Shown in pieces: positions 25,878 to 46,251 of a DNA stretch of 64,000 nucleotides; the first letter of the stretch is position 1, and every line of letters starts with the position of its first letter. Made by a program: the position numbers and the translations under genes. The notes below the pieces were generated by a model. That model worked only from the letters and a program-made list of their open reading frames with translations. It ran no database searches and was not told the origin of the DNA. The DNA is from Eledone cirrhosa (Eukaryota): NCBI GenBank assembly GCA_964016885.1, contig OZ024741.1:148924001-148988000 (forward strand), read 5' to 3'.

Positions 25878-26220
25878 CATTTTACGTCCGCTTTTCCCTG
25901 CTTGCAAGGATGGGACGGGAACTGATTCTGGCTTGATTTCTACAGCTGGATGCCTTTCCTAACACCAACCTCATTTACAGTGAGTGCTGGGTGCTTTTTT
26001 TCCGTGGCGCCTACACGTGCACTGTACAGTGTGGGCTGGGTGCTTTTTTACCGTGGCACCTCCACGACCACTTTGCAGTGGAATGATAGGGACCCCAGTC
26101 CCCATCATCTCATTTCTACAGCTGAGTAAACTGGAGCAATGTGAAATAAAGTTTCTTGCTCATGGAAACAACACATCATCCGGTCCAAGAATTGAACTCA
26201 CAACCTTTCGATTGCAAGGC
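25878..26220 (-). mobile_element. tRNA-derived SINE (5'-clipped)
   Basis: Homologous to 7943-8280. Confidence 0.85.
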
Positions 26221-26921
26221 CAGTTGACCATCAACTACCGAAGGAAGTTGACCATCAAATACCTCAAAGTTCTACGAAACTCGCCTAGGCAGACCCCCCC
26301 CCCCCCCCTCAACCAAACAATCACCCCATCCAGGTATGTAATATGACACGGTTATAGTTTACTGCTAGCCACCCTGCCAGTTGCAGTTGGCCGAAAGCTA
26401 GTGGGGGTGGGAGAGTATGAGTTTCAATAGATCTCAATACTGCCCCTAAATTAAGCATGGACAGTAGAATTGACCATCACCTGCTAAGAGAATATATACT
26501 TATTTCTAGGTATTATGGTTTCACTGTGGAAATTATGAAGAGAATTAGAAATTAAAACTAAAAATTAAAAATCAAAAATTAAAAATCAAAAATTAAAAAA
26601 ATTACAAGTTAAAATCTTGATTGAAGTAAGCAAAAAAATATATGTACATATAATAACTAATAAATAGGGAGATGTTTAAATTATAGTAAGAAGTTTTGAA
26701 AGGGGGATCAATATTACAGATATATTATCCATATATTGAACGATAGTACCGTACAGTAGAACGGAGGGTAAATTACAGTATGAAACGTAGTAGTTAGGCA
26801 AATACATAGTTAATATCTCTATCACATGAATCAAAACAAAAAATACAAAATATAAAATACACAAAAAATACAAAAAATACGTAGATACAAAATGAGAAAG
26901 GAGATATATATGTAAAATGAG

Positions 26922-27310
26922 ATCATCATCATCATCATCATCGTTTAACGTCTATCTTCCATGCTAGCATGGGTTAGACGGGAGTTGTCCCATTTGAGGC
27001 AAGATTGGTCGGGTGACCGTGTCTCGCTCATATAGGACTATTTGGCAGGTTTTCTACGGCTGGATGCCCTTCCTAACACCAACCACAATTACAGTGTACA
27101 ACTGGGAACTTTTTACCGTGTTACCTACACGACCACATTACAGCGTGGACTGTATTTTTTTGTCGTGACACCTACACAACCTCATTAGTTTGGACTGCAT
27201 GTCGTGGTACCAACATAACTTTACAGAGAAAGGGGGGGTGTTAGCAGGAGTGGGAGGATGGATTGGGGTAGTGGGTTGGGTGTATGTTTGGTTTGGAGGG
27301 GCCTACTGAT
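26922..27310 (-). mobile_element. RTE LINE 3' UTR fragment
   Basis: (CAT)n then ggatgcccttcctaacaccaaccac; related to 20654 and 36961. Confidence 0.85.
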
Positions 27311-27513
27311 ATATATATATATAAGTATTGAAGTTTCCGTTGAAAATTGAAAAAGTCAGGTGAATGAAGAGTGCTCTATGTAAGTTACAGAGCTAAATAT
27401 TTAATGTATAGTAAACAATACAATACAACCACCTCACCACCAAAGGCCTCCCGAACAAGACGAACACAAGAAACGTCCGCATTCGTTCGTCAGACAAGGC
27501 AATTTACAAGGAA

Positions 27514-27587
27514 TTGCCTTGTCTGACGAACAGATGCGGACGCCTCACGTATTCGTCCCACTCAAGAAACCCTTGGCAATGAGGCAA
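27514..27587 (+). ncRNA. Type I hammerhead-like motif with extended stem II (cleavage triplet mutated)
   Basis: ttgccttgt-CTGACGA-..ggacg..cgtcc..-GAAA-CCcttGG-CA-atgaggcaa; partial inverted copy at 27474-27504. Confidence 0.65.
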
Positions 27588-27612
27588 CTACATTGCATTG
27601 TTCACCATACAT

Positions 27613-27685
<73 letters not shown>

Positions 27686-27817
27686 ACACACATATACACA
27701 CATATATATACACACACACACACATATATATACACACACATATATATACACACACATACATATTCACACACACACACGTATACATATAAACACACACATA
27801 TACATAGACACACACAT

Positions 27818-27881
<64 letters not shown>

Positions 27882-28634
27882 TCACATACACATATATATT
27901 TGATCTCAGCTCAGTTCACATAATATATTTTTTGAAGGTTGATATCATATGTATTTATTTGATCTCAGCTTAGTCTGCATAATATATTCTTTGAAGATTG
28001 AGATCATGTGTATTTGATCTTAGTCCACATAATTTATTAATATAATTCTCTGGTGATCCAGTCACATGAGATTTGAAATAACAGTTTATCAATGAGAGAT
28101 ATTTTCAATGATTGGTATTTTTCAAGGCCTTTTAAATATCTTTGCTGTTGTGCAATATTAACGCTTTGCTTAATGTTTTGGCGCAATTCTTTCAAAAGAT
28201 TCTCCAAGTAAGTCATTTGATTCTGAGGATTTTTGAGGATTTTCATATATATGAGAAACATATACAAGGAAGGTAAACTGTATGGAAATGAGGGTATAAG
28301 TGGTTAAGATGATTGTCAATTTTGTCCATTTAAAGTGCATATAAAAATTTGTTATCTGATGAAGTGAGGGGGCTTCTGTTCAAGGCCTCTGTGCAAATGC
28401 AATTTGCTGCAGGAAAATAGGGGTTTATCGTTCTTTATAGTTCCGCGTATTTATCCTGTCGAAAGTTAGTTTATAATTTTATGTCCGTCCAGTATCAGGG
28501 ATTTCCAGTGTGTGTAATCAATCCCCATGGTAGAGGGAATTTCCGGGTGTAGCTGATGGCTGGTTCCTCTCTTCTCCACTATATCGGTTACACCATAGAG
28601 CGCTCAACGAACAGAAGCCCCCTCACTTCATCTG

Positions 28635-29820
28635 ACACACTGCCTTGCAATCTTGAACACCTCCTGTTTCTGATCCTCATGTTGCAAAACATGCTTGAAT
28701 TTTCTATCCTCTACTTCCCTCCTAGCTAAGTATACTTGTCGCCTAGCTTCCCTCCTGGTCTCTATGTAATGTACCCTGCTTCCTATGCAATGTACCATGC
28801 CTATCTCTTGGCCTTAATTGCCTCATCTACCTTATTGTTCTACCACCATGTCACTCTCCTCCTGCCTGTGGTCTTACTCGAGCCACAGATCTCATCCGTC
28901 GCCTTTAGTAAGATATTTTTTAGGAACTTCCAGTGCTCTTCTACATTGAATGTCTCTATCTGTTCTTCTTTACTGTCATAGGCGTTGAGTAAAATATCTT
29001 TAAATCTGTTATTGGCTGAGGGGTCTTTCAGCTTCCAGATCTTTCTTCTCCGGGTTGGCTTCTGTTTCCAGGTTCGTCTAGTTATGACCATGAGGTCGCT
29101 GACAACTAAGTTATGTTGGGATGTACATTCCTCACTAGGGGAAGCTTTTGTGTTTACGACCGTCCATCTGTCACGTCCTCTGATGAGGATAACATCTATC
29201 TGACTAGAATGCTCCCCTGATCTATAGGTGATCAGATGGTTGTCGGGTTGTTTGAAGTTTGTGTTACATATCGACATGTCATTGGCGTCGCAGAATTCTA
29301 GAAGCCTGAAGCCTTCTTCATTTCTTGTGCCAACCCCATGGCCTCCATGGACTCTATAGAAGCCGTCACGGTGTTTACCTACATGTGCGTTAAAATCTCC
29401 TGCAATGATTAGGAAGTCATTGTCGCTTGTTAGGGCAGTAGTGTGCATTAGGGACTCGTAAAATCTATCCTTAAGTTCGTCTGGCAACCCCGATTGGGGT
29501 GCGTAAGCTGATATTATTGTGGTAATTGTTTTATTCAGGACTAGTCTGAGTTTAATGATTCTTGCATTCACCCTGTTCACTGAGATTACTTTATCTACTC
29601 ACTTGTCAGATAGTAGTATACCTACACCACCCATCCCATCGTCATTTCCCACCCAGAAAAATTTGTAGCACTGACTTTTGCCTACAAGGAATCTAGCAGA
29701 CTCTCCTCTCCATCTAGTCTCTTGCACACAGCATACGTCAATTTCCTTTCGTTCGAGCATCACTATGATTCCTCCTACTCTTCTTTTCATTGTGCTTACA
29801 TTGATGGTTCCAACTCAGAG
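28635..29820 (-). mobile_element. RTE LINE APE endonuclease region (decayed)
   Basis: DVCCVQETRW, ISAYAPQ, GDFNAHVG, SQIDVIL and SQHNLVV in ORFs 29599-29790 and 28840-29580. Confidence 0.95.
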
Positions 29821-29967
29821 TTTTGGGCATTTGTCAACATTCGTGGGAAAGAGTAAATTTTTGCAGGGGAGTGTGTATGCTTCCTGTTTCTGAATTGAAG
29901 CTTCGCATGGGTGCTTGGTAGCTCGCGGATTCATATTCATTTTCATTTATTAATTCGGGGTTGCTCC

Positions 29968-33204
<3,237 letters not shown>

Positions 33205-33524
33205 GTGAATATCATTTCACACCCTTTTTTTGTTAAGATTTTTGATGTTCTATTAAGAGAACCGATTTTACAGAAAAAATCGAATAATGTACACCATTTT
33301 ACCAGGGGGAAAAAAATACTGGTCCCCCCCCCCCCCACACACACATATATAAACACACACATACACACGCGTACATCAACATACAAAGAGACTTATATAT
33401 ACACACGCACTTCTCCGTATAAGACAAAAGCTGAAAAATATCTTTTGACATGCTAAAATACTTTCAGACACATTGCTTTCAGACACATTCTTACTGACCA
33501 TCCCTGCCACCACAAATTACTCTG

Positions 33525-33527
<3 letters not shown>

Positions 33528-33560
<33 letters not shown>

Positions 33561-33632
33561 ATCTTAATAGCCATTTGACACACATTGCTGCTAACCATTA
33601 TCACAACATCGAACACCTTACTACTACTACTA

Positions 33633-33666
<34 letters not shown>

Positions 33667-33738
33667 ATCTTAATAGCCATTTGACACACATCGCTGCTAA
33701 CCATTATCACAACATCGAACACCTTACTACTACTACTA

Positions 33739-33775
<37 letters not shown>
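33528..33775. repeat. 106-bp tandem duplication bounded by (CA)n
   Basis: ttatcttaatagcc recurs at 33559 and 33665. Confidence 0.9.
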
Positions 33776-33778
<3 letters not shown>

Positions 33779-34172
33779 TTGTTGTGAAAGAGTCATTTCT
33801 CAATCTTGGCGCAAAACCAATTTTTTATTCACATGACCTCTACCGACCAATCAAAATTGTTTTGACCACAAGAATTTTTGCAAATTGGAGCCACTTTTTT
33901 AACATAAAAACAGGTAGAATTCCCAAAACTAATCAGATCAGAGCAAACAACACGGACACTCTATCTCAAAATTATTTTTGAAAAGCATTTAGAAATGCGC
34001 AACCGGTAAAAACTTAAAAACTTAAAACCACAACTGAATACTAACCCATACAATCACTAATACTCTTTTATTCCTAATTAAACCATTTTTCAACTGTGAA
34101 CAATTTGTCAGCATTTTCTATTCCGTTTACCAATATATAATAACTTGTGTGTTACACCTCTATTCTTTTAAC

Positions 34173-34263
<91 letters not shown>

Positions 34264-34270
34264 GTATGTA

Positions 34271-35280
<1,010 letters not shown>

Positions 35281-35291
35281 TACTCATCAAC

Positions 35292-36960
<1,669 letters not shown>

Positions 36961-38185
36961 TCATCATCATCATCATCATCAACGTTTAACGTCCGTGTTC
37001 CACGCTTGCATGGGTTTGGACGGGGGTAGTCCCACTTGAGGCAAGAGTGATTGTCTTGCTCGCATAGGACTGTCTGGCAGGTTTTCTACAGTTGGATGCC
37101 CTTCCTAACACCAACCACATTTACAGTGTGGGTCTGGGAGGTTTTTACCGTGTTGCCTACACGGCCACATTACAGCGTGGACTGTGTGTTTTTTTGTCGT
37201 GACACCTACACGATCTCATTTGTTTCGGCCTGGATGGCGCGGCACCAACATAACTTTACATAGAACGGGGTGGTGTGGATGGGGTGGGGGTGGTGGCGGG
37301 ACGGGGTGTAGTTTGTTAGAGATGCCTACTGGCAAGGCGGGTCTTCTCTGTTACTGAGTACCGCCAAAGGTCACGGTCCAGTGACATTGTCTTGGAGAGG
37401 TGTAAGTGTGTGAGGTCGGAGTTTATCAGCTCATCCCATGTTTTTCTAGGTCTGCCTATTCCGTGGCTACCGTCTATCTTTATTGCCCTGCACTTTGTAA
37501 TACAGCTATCGACTTTCATGCGCATCACGTGTCCATACCAACGCAGCCTTCTCTCGAGTAAACAACATCTGATCCCTCTTATCTCTAATTTTTTCCTTAG
37601 TTCGTTTATGCTTTGCCGTTCACGTATATTACTGTTACACATCCAGCGGAGCATGCAAGCTTCGTTCCTCTCTAGTCTGCGTATATCCTCTGCACACAAT
37701 GCCCAGGTCTCACTACCATGCAACATTGCTGTTCGTATGCAGGCATCGTACAACCTGCCTTTCATTTTTAGGGAGAACCCTTTAGCAGCTAATAGTGGTA
37801 TAAGCTCTCTGAACTTTTTCCAACCAGTTCTGACTCTAGCTACAGTACTTTCAGAGCACCCTCCCCCACTGCTGATTTTATCGCCCAGGTAACGGAAGCT
37901 GTCCACTATTTCTATAGAACCCTCTGCGCAATTGAAAGAGCTAGTATTTTGTGGGCACTTGCTGCTACTTATTGCACCAGAACACCGGCCACATGTAAAG
38001 TCTATGTTCTTAGTTAGCTTACCTGTGATCCCACTACATCTTTTATGCACCCATACTTTGCATTTAGGACATAAGATGGAGTTTCTACCTACGCCTTTCC
38101 TACATACCGAGCACGACCATTTCCCAGAGGGACCGCCGCCTTGTTTTCTTTCCTACAAACTAGAACTTTGGTCTTAGCCAGGTTA

Positions 38186-38186
<1 letters not shown>
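36961..38186 (-). mobile_element. RTE LINE 3' part with PHD finger
   Basis: ORF 37316-38050; (CAT)n tail; same family as 23682. Confidence 0.95.
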
Positions 38187-38226
<40 letters not shown>

Positions 38227-38229
38227 CAT

Positions 38230-38840
<611 letters not shown>

Positions 38841-38884
38841 TATATATATATATATATAAATACATATATATATATATATATACA

Positions 38885-38916
<32 letters not shown>

Positions 38917-38927
38917 CATATATATAT

Positions 38928-38978
38928 AGTTTCAGAAGATCCCGTTAAGGGTGAAAGCAGCGATTCTTTCCTTAAACT
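38928..38978 (+). ncRNA. Type I hammerhead-like motif, CAGAAGA-core family, as a 70-bp insert in (TA)n
   Basis: agttt-CAGAAGA-tcccgttaagggt-GAAA-gcagcgattctttcc-TT-aaact. Confidence 0.65.
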
Positions 38979-38998
38979 TTAATCTGTTATTTTAATAA

Positions 38999-39034
<36 letters not shown>

Positions 39035-39521
39035 GTATATATATATGTATGTATATGTATATATGTATATATATATATATATATGTATGTATATATATAT
39101 ATATGTATATATATATGTATATATATATATATGTATATATATATATGTATGTATATATATATATATGTATATATATATGTATATATATATATGTATATAT
39201 ATATATGTATATATATGTATATATATATATGTATATATATATATGTATATATATATATGTATATATATATATGTATATATATATATGTATATATATGTAT
39301 ATATATATGTATGTATATATATGTATATATATATGTATATATATATATATATCTATATATATGTATATGTATATATATGTATATATATATGTATATATAT
39401 ATATATATCTATATATATGTATATATATATATATGTATATATATGTATATATATATATATGTATATATATGTATATATATATATATGTATATATATGTAT
39501 ATATATATATCTATATATATG

Positions 39522-39625
<104 letters not shown>

Positions 39626-39642
39626 AATATATGTATATATAT

Positions 39643-41595
39643 AAAAGTTCAGAGAGCTTATACCACTATTAGCTGCTAAAGGGTTCTCCCTAAAAATGAA
39701 AGGCAGGTTGTACGATGCCTGCATACGAACAGCAATGCTGCATGGCAGTGAGACCTGGGCATTGTGTGCAGAGGATATACGCAGACTAGAGAGGAATGAA
39801 GAGGAATGAAGCTCTGGCCGTGTAGGCAACACAGTAAAAACCTCCCAGACCCACACTGTAAATGTGGTTGGTGTTAGGAAGGGCATCCAACTGTAGAAAA
39901 CCTGCCAGTCAGTCCTATGCGAGCAAGACAACCACTCTTGCCTCAAGTGGGACTACCCCCGTCCAAACCCATGCAAGCGTGGAACACGGACGTTAAACGT
40001 TGATGATGATGATGATGATATGTATATATATATGTATATATATATATATATATATATAGATTTTACATGTGGCCGGTGTTCTGGTGCAATAAGTAGCAGC
40101 AAGTGCCCACAAAATACTAGCTCTTTCAACTGCGCAGAGGGTTCTATAGAAATAGTGGACAGCTTCCGTTACCTGGGTGACACAATCAGCAGTGGGGGAA
40201 GGTGCTCTGAAAGTACTGTAGCTAGAGTCAGAACTGGGTGGAAAAAGTTCAGAGAGCTCATACCACTATTAGCTGCTAAAGGGTTCTCCCTTAAAATGAA
40301 AAGCAGGTTGTACGATGCCTGCATACGAACAGCAATGTTGCACGGCAGTGAGACCTGGGCATTGTGTGCAGAGGATATACGCAGACTGGAGAGGAACGAA
40401 GCTTGCATGCTCCGCTGGATGTGTAACAGTAATATACGTGAACGGCAAAGCATAAACGAACTAAGGAAAAAATTAGAGATAAGAGGGATCAGATGTTGTT
40501 TACTCGAGAGAAGGCTACGTTGGTATGGACACGTGATGCGCATGAAAGTCGATAGCTGTATAACAAAGTGCAGGGCAATAAAGATAGACGGTAGTCACGG
40601 AATAGGCAGACCTAGAAAAACCTGGGACGAGCTGATAAACTCCGACATCACACACTTACACCTCTCCAAGACAATGTCACTGGACCGAGACCTTTGGCGG
40701 TACTCAGTAACAGAGAAGACCCGCCTTACCTAAATATATAGTAAAACCTACTCCAGCCAGTAGGCATCTCTAACAAAATACACCCCGTCCCACCACCACC
40801 ATCCCCACCCCATCCACACCACCCCGTTCTATGTAAAGTTATGTTGGTGCCGCGCCATCGAGGCCGAAACAAATGAGATCGTGTAGGTGTCACGACAAAA
40901 AAACACACAGTCCACGCTGTAATCTGGCCGTGTAGGCAACACAGTAAAAACCTCCCAGACCCACACTGTAAATGTGGTTGGTGTTAGGAAGGGCATCCAA
41001 CTGTAGAAAACCTGCCAGTCAGTCCTATGCGAGCAAGACAACCACTCTTGCCTCAAGTGGGACTACCCCCGTCCAAACCCATGCAAGCGTGGAACACGGA
41101 CGTTAAACGTTGATGATGATGATGATGATATGTATATATATATGTATATATATATATATATATATAGAGATTTTACATGTGGCCGGTGTTCTGGGGCAAT
41201 AAGTAGCAGCAAGTGCCCACAAAATACTAGCTCTTTCAACTGCGCAGAGGGTTCTATAGAAATAGTGGACAGCTTCCGTTACCTGGGTGACACAATCAGC
41301 AGTGGGGGAGGGTGCTCTGAAAGTACTGTAGCTAGAGTCAGAACTGGGTGGAAAAAGTTCAGAGAGCTCATACCACTATTAGCCGCTAAAGGGTTCTCCC
41401 TTAAAATGAAAAGCAGGTTGTACGATGCCTGCATACGAACAGCAATGTTGCACGGCAGTGAGACCTGGGCATTGTGTGCAGAGGATATACGCAGACTGGA
41501 GAGGTACGAAGCTTGCATGCTCCGCTGGATGTGTAATAGTAATATACGTGAACGGTAAAGCATAAACGAACTAAGGAAAAAATTAGAAATAAGAG
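39643..41595 (+). mobile_element. Tandem RTE 3' fragments (1110-bp period)
   Basis: ORFs at 40020 and 41130 start identically after the same short TA spacer. Confidence 0.92.
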
Positions 41596-41605
41596 TATAT
41601 ATAAG

Positions 41606-42283
41606 AGTCTGCGTATATCCTCTGCACACAATGCCCAGGTCTCACTGCCATGCAACATTGCTGTTCGTATGCAGGCATCGTACAACCTGCCTTTCATTTT
41701 TAGGGAGAACCCTTTAGCGGCTAATAGTGGTATAAGCTCTGTGAACTTTTTCCATCCAGTTCTGACTCTAGCTACTGTACTTTCAGAGCACCCTCCCCCA
41801 CTGCTGATTTTGTCACCCTGGTAACGGAAGCTGTCCACTATTTCTATAGAACCCTCTGCGCAGTTGAAAGAGCTAGTATCTTGTGGGCACTTGCTGCTAC
41901 TTATTGCACCAGAGCACCGGCCACATTTAAAATCTATGTTCTTAGTTAGCTTACCTGTGATCCCACTACATCTTTTATGCACCCATACTTTGCATTTGGG
42001 ACATAAAATGGAGTTTCTCCCTACGCCTTTCCTACACACAGAGCATGGCCACTTCCCGGAAGGGACCGCCGCCTTATTTTCTTTCTTACAAACTAGAACT
42101 TTAGTCTTAGCCAGGTTAATTTTAAGGCCTTTTGATTCTAGGCCGTGCTTCCATGTTTGGAATTTCTTCTCTAGCTCGGCTAGGTCGTCTAGGTCGTCTG
42201 CGTATAGGAGTTCCCATAGGCAACCGGTCTTGAACTCCTCTGTTATAGCCTGAAGGGCAATAATAAATAGTATGGGGCTGAGC
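41606..42283 (-). mobile_element. Inverted RTE RT fragment (LSPILF..YADD..PHD)
   Basis: ORF 41401-42297. Confidence 0.92.
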
Positions 42284-42309
42284 AGCCTAATTTGCATATT
42301 GAGTGAGTT

Positions 42310-42600
42310 AACTCACTCAATATGCAAATTAGGCTGCTCAGCCGTTAATTTTCATAAGGAAAGTATATACTTTCGAACGTTCAACTATCTGGCAGATGGC
42401 TAAACGGTGCTGATGATAGCTAACAAGCTTGAAACTAGTACATCGTTCCTGTGTCAGTGTTGAACAAAAAGGTGACGTGGTTGCCTTAACACCGTATGGC
42501 ATAAATTCGGGCTGTTCAGTTTGTTGACAAACGAACAAAGCGGCGTTATAATAAGCGTCCGCTAAACTGATGCGTGCATATATGTATGTGTACCTGTATG

Positions 42601-42682
<82 letters not shown>

Positions 42683-43156
42683 TGCTACTGTACGTCTGTA
42701 TACATATATGTATGTACGTATACATACATACTTATATTTAAGTAAGTGCCATACTAAGAGTGAGAAATGAAATTTCGTTTTCATTTTTTTCAACTTATCG
42801 TTTTCGGTATGCCTGACCGATTTAACTCACTCAATATGCAAATTAGGCTGCTCAGCCGTTAATTTTCATAAGGAAAGTATATACTTTCGAACGTTCAACT
42901 ATCTGGCAGATGGGTAAACGGTGCTGATGATAGCTTGTTAGCTATCATCAGCACCGTATACCCATCTGCCAGATAGTTGAACGTTCGAAAGTATATACTT
43001 TCCTTATGAAAATTAACGGCTGAGCAGCCCAATTTGCATATTGAGTGAGTTAAATCGGTCAGGCATACCGAAAACGATAGGTTGAAATAAAATGAAAACG
43101 AAATTTCATTTCTCACTCTTAGTATGGCACTTACTTAAATGTAAGTATGTATGTAT
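42310..43156 (+). mobile_element. Retrozyme-like tandem unit (about 514 bp) ending in a fold-back
   Basis: HHR at 42404 and a second, broken HHR at 42918; 42720-42936 is mirrored by 42940-43156. Confidence 0.65.
42404..42446 (+). ncRNA. Minimal type I hammerhead, palindromic stem III
   Basis: acggtg-CTGATGA-tAGCTaacaAGCTt-GAAA-CTAG-TA-catcgt. Confidence 0.92.
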
Positions 43157-43761
43157 ACGTGAACGACAAAGCATAAATGAATTGAGAGAGAGACTGAGCA
43201 TAAGAGGAATCAAATGCTGTGTGTAGGAGAGGTGGTTGCGCTGGTATGGACATGTGATGCGTATGAAGGATGACAGCTGCATAAAAAGGTGCAGAGCACT
43301 AGAAGTCGATGGAAACCGCGGAGCGGGGAGATCCAAGAAGACCTGGGATGAGGTGATAAAAACTGACCTTACCCAATTACACCTCTCAAAGGCGATTACA
43401 CACGACCATGACCTCTGGCGTCACGCAGTAATACAGAGTACCCGACCCCCCATGGGTACAAGCTGAAGCATATAGACAATATGCCCCACACCCTCCCACT
43501 GCAAAGTGATCGTGGAGATGCCACAGCAAAAAAGCACCCAGCCCACACTGTAAAGTGGACGTGTAGGCGCCATGGAAAAAAGCACCCAGCACTCACTGTA
43601 AATGAGGTTGGTGTTAGGAAGGGCATCCAGCTGTAGAAATCAAGCCAAAATCAGTTCCTGTATGAGCAAGGCATGGTCAGCCGACCAGACACTGCCCACA
43701 ACAGGACAACCCGTCTAACCCATGCTAGCATGGAAGAATGGACGTAAAACGGTGATGATGA
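43155..43761 (+). mobile_element. RTE LINE 3' end (subfamily that donates the SINE tail)
   Basis: [17 protein letters not shown]; 3' UTR shared with SINE 10905; (GAT)n tail. Confidence 0.9.
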
Positions 43762-43790
43762 TATATATATATATATATACACACACATAC

Positions 43791-43853
<63 letters not shown>

Positions 43854-43965
43854 AAAGGCAATCAGAAATAACAAAGCAAACAACACAGTACAATGAAGAA
43901 ATGTATTATTAGTTTTACGCTTCATATAATAGGAAAACAGTCTTACATATGTACATGTATGTGTG

Positions 43966-44009
<44 letters not shown>

Positions 44010-44013
<4 letters not shown>

Positions 44014-44551
44014 CGTTTCTGAATTTGTTTAGCAAGATTCTTTATCTGAAATCGTGTGTTGAAACCGATATTGTTATACTTTGGGAGGGTCATGTTGCCA
44101 ATAAGAAACACACGCACCAGTTGCTTTCACTTCAATTTATTATATATTTATAAATTTATAAATTTACAAATCTACAAACTTATAAATTTCTGGTTGGTTG
44201 GTTGGTTCCACAACCAGATAGTTGTTTATATATAGTCATAGTCCTTTCGTCACACACTCTGTGACCTCTTCAGTGACTGGGGATTCAAGATAATAAAGAA
44301 TCATCTGTACTCTACCAACATGCTAAGATAGAACACAAGGATAAATTAGAAGAGGTCACAGAGTGTGTGACGAAAGGACTATGACTATATATAAACAACT
44401 ATCTGGTTGTGGAACCAACCAACCAACCAGAAATTTATAAGTTTGTAGATTTGTAAATTTATAAATTTATAAATATATAATAAATTGAAGTGAAAGCAAC
44501 TGGTGCGTGTGTTTCTTATTGGCAACATGACCCTCCCAAAGTATAACAATA
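44010..44551. mobile_element. PLE-B fold-back: two inverted pLTRs joined by 70 bp of GIY-YIG coding sequence
   Basis: HHR on the minus strand at 44234-44278 and a clipped HHR on + at about 44349-44387; spacer 44284-44350 matches 22360-22428. Confidence 0.88.
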
Positions 44552-44585
44552 TATATATATATATGTATATGTAGATATTTATATA

Positions 44586-45708
44586 TCATCATCATCATAT
44601 GTTCATTCTTCCACACTAACATGGGTTAGATGGGTTGTCCTGTTGTGGGCAGTGTCTGGTTGGCTGACCTTGTCTTGCTCATACAGAAACTGATTTTTGC
44701 TTGATTTTTAGAGCTGGATGTCCTTCCTAACACCAACCTCATTTACAGTGAGTGCTGGGTGCTTTTTGTCATGACACCTCCGCGACCACTTTGCAGTGGG
44801 AGGGGATGGGGCATATTGTCTATATGCTTCAGCTTTGGCTTGTACCCGTGGGAAGTTGGGTCTTGAGAGGTGCAATTGGGCAAGGTCAGCTTTTATCATC
44901 TCATCCCAGGTCTTCTTGGGTTTCCCCACTCCAAGGCTCCCATCGACTTTTCGTGCGCTGCACCTTTTTATGCAGCTGTCATCCTTTATACGCATCACAT
45001 GTCTATACCAACACAACCGCCTCTCCTGCATACATAATTTGATTCCTTTTATGCTCAGTCTCTCTCTCAATTTGTTTATGCTTTGCCGTTTGTGTATATT
45101 ACTTTTACACATCCATCGGAGCATGCAAGCTTTGTTTCTTTCTAATCTATGCAAGTCTTCTACATAAAGCGCCCAGATCTCACTACCATGTAACATTGCT
45201 GTTCGTATGCACGCATCATACAGTCTGCCTTTCATTTTGAGGGAAAAGCCTTTTGCAGCTAGCAGAGGTAGTAGTTCCCTGAACTTCTTCCATCCCGTTC
45301 TTACTCTTGTTACTGTACTTTCAGAACACCCACCTCCGCTGCTAATTTGGTCACCTAGGAAGCAGAAGCTGCCTACTGTTTCTACTGAGCCCTCCCAGCG
45401 TTTGGTAGTGCTTATTCCTGTGGTTGTTTGCTGCTTACTGTCCCAGTGCAGCTGCTACATGTAAAGCCTACATTCCTAACTAAGCTTCCTGAGATACCAC
45501 TACATCTCTTGTGTAGTTTGCATTTGGGGCAGAGGATGGAATTCCTACCTACATCATTCCCAATTACTGAGCATGGCCATTTCCCTGAGGGGATCTGGGT
45601 TCTGTTTTCTGTCTACTTACGAGGACCTTAGTTTTTGTCAGGTTGACTTTGAGACCCCTTCTTTCTCGTCCCTGCTTCCATGTTTGGAATTTTTTCTTTA
45701 GTTCCACC

Positions 45709-45709
<1 letters not shown>
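44586..45709 (-). mobile_element. RTE LINE 3' part (decayed)
   Basis: ORF 44708-45235 plus PHD remnants; (CAT)n tail. Confidence 0.9.
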
Positions 45710-45741
<32 letters not shown>

Positions 45742-45744
45742 ATT

Positions 45745-45952
45745 AAGGGCCCCCATTGGTTACTAAAGACTGATTTTGCACCTAGACAGTTTCCATCTGA
45801 GGCACAAGCTTGAGAAAGTTTTACCGAAAACCAGTAGTTGCCCATGCATACCAGTCTTCCCTCTCCACACCACTGATGTTGTCCAAAGGAAAGGAAATGG
45901 CCGATACAGCTTGATACAAGTGACGTCACAACTCATTTCTATAGCTGAGTAA
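45745..45952 (-). mobile_element. Probable SINE body/tail fragment
   Basis: Ends in ctcatttctatagctgagtaa, the core shared with the SINEs at 7943 and 10905, but has a different tail. Confidence 0.55.
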
Positions 45953-46251
45953 TTACAGATAATCACTTAATTATTGAAAAATGCTATAAGCATAAAAATA
46001 AATCATCTTTTTTTATAATTTTATTCAATAAAGCCACCTTTAGCTTCAATAACTGCTTCTATGCAATATCAAAATCGTCTACATGCTCAAAAATGGTCTT
46101 GGTTCATATTGGACATTACTTTGACAATGGTGGCTCATGCAGAAGGCAAGAAGCATGCCCCTGCATCAACAGTGTAACATACCCGCAGTAGTCTATGAGG
46201 CTCATGTTACATCTACTCGACCAAACCAAAAGCAGGAGATCAAAACTTATG

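Noticed and set aside
28037-28267. 76-aa ORF as a host exon
   Set aside because: No recognisable motif or splice context; adjacent to short tandem repeats.
28351-28635. CTGATGA at 28356 with GAAA at 28461 and a 25-bp inverted copy at about 28607-28632
   Set aside because: Stem III and a closing stem II could not be paired convincingly; possibly a decayed HHR fold-back but not supportable.
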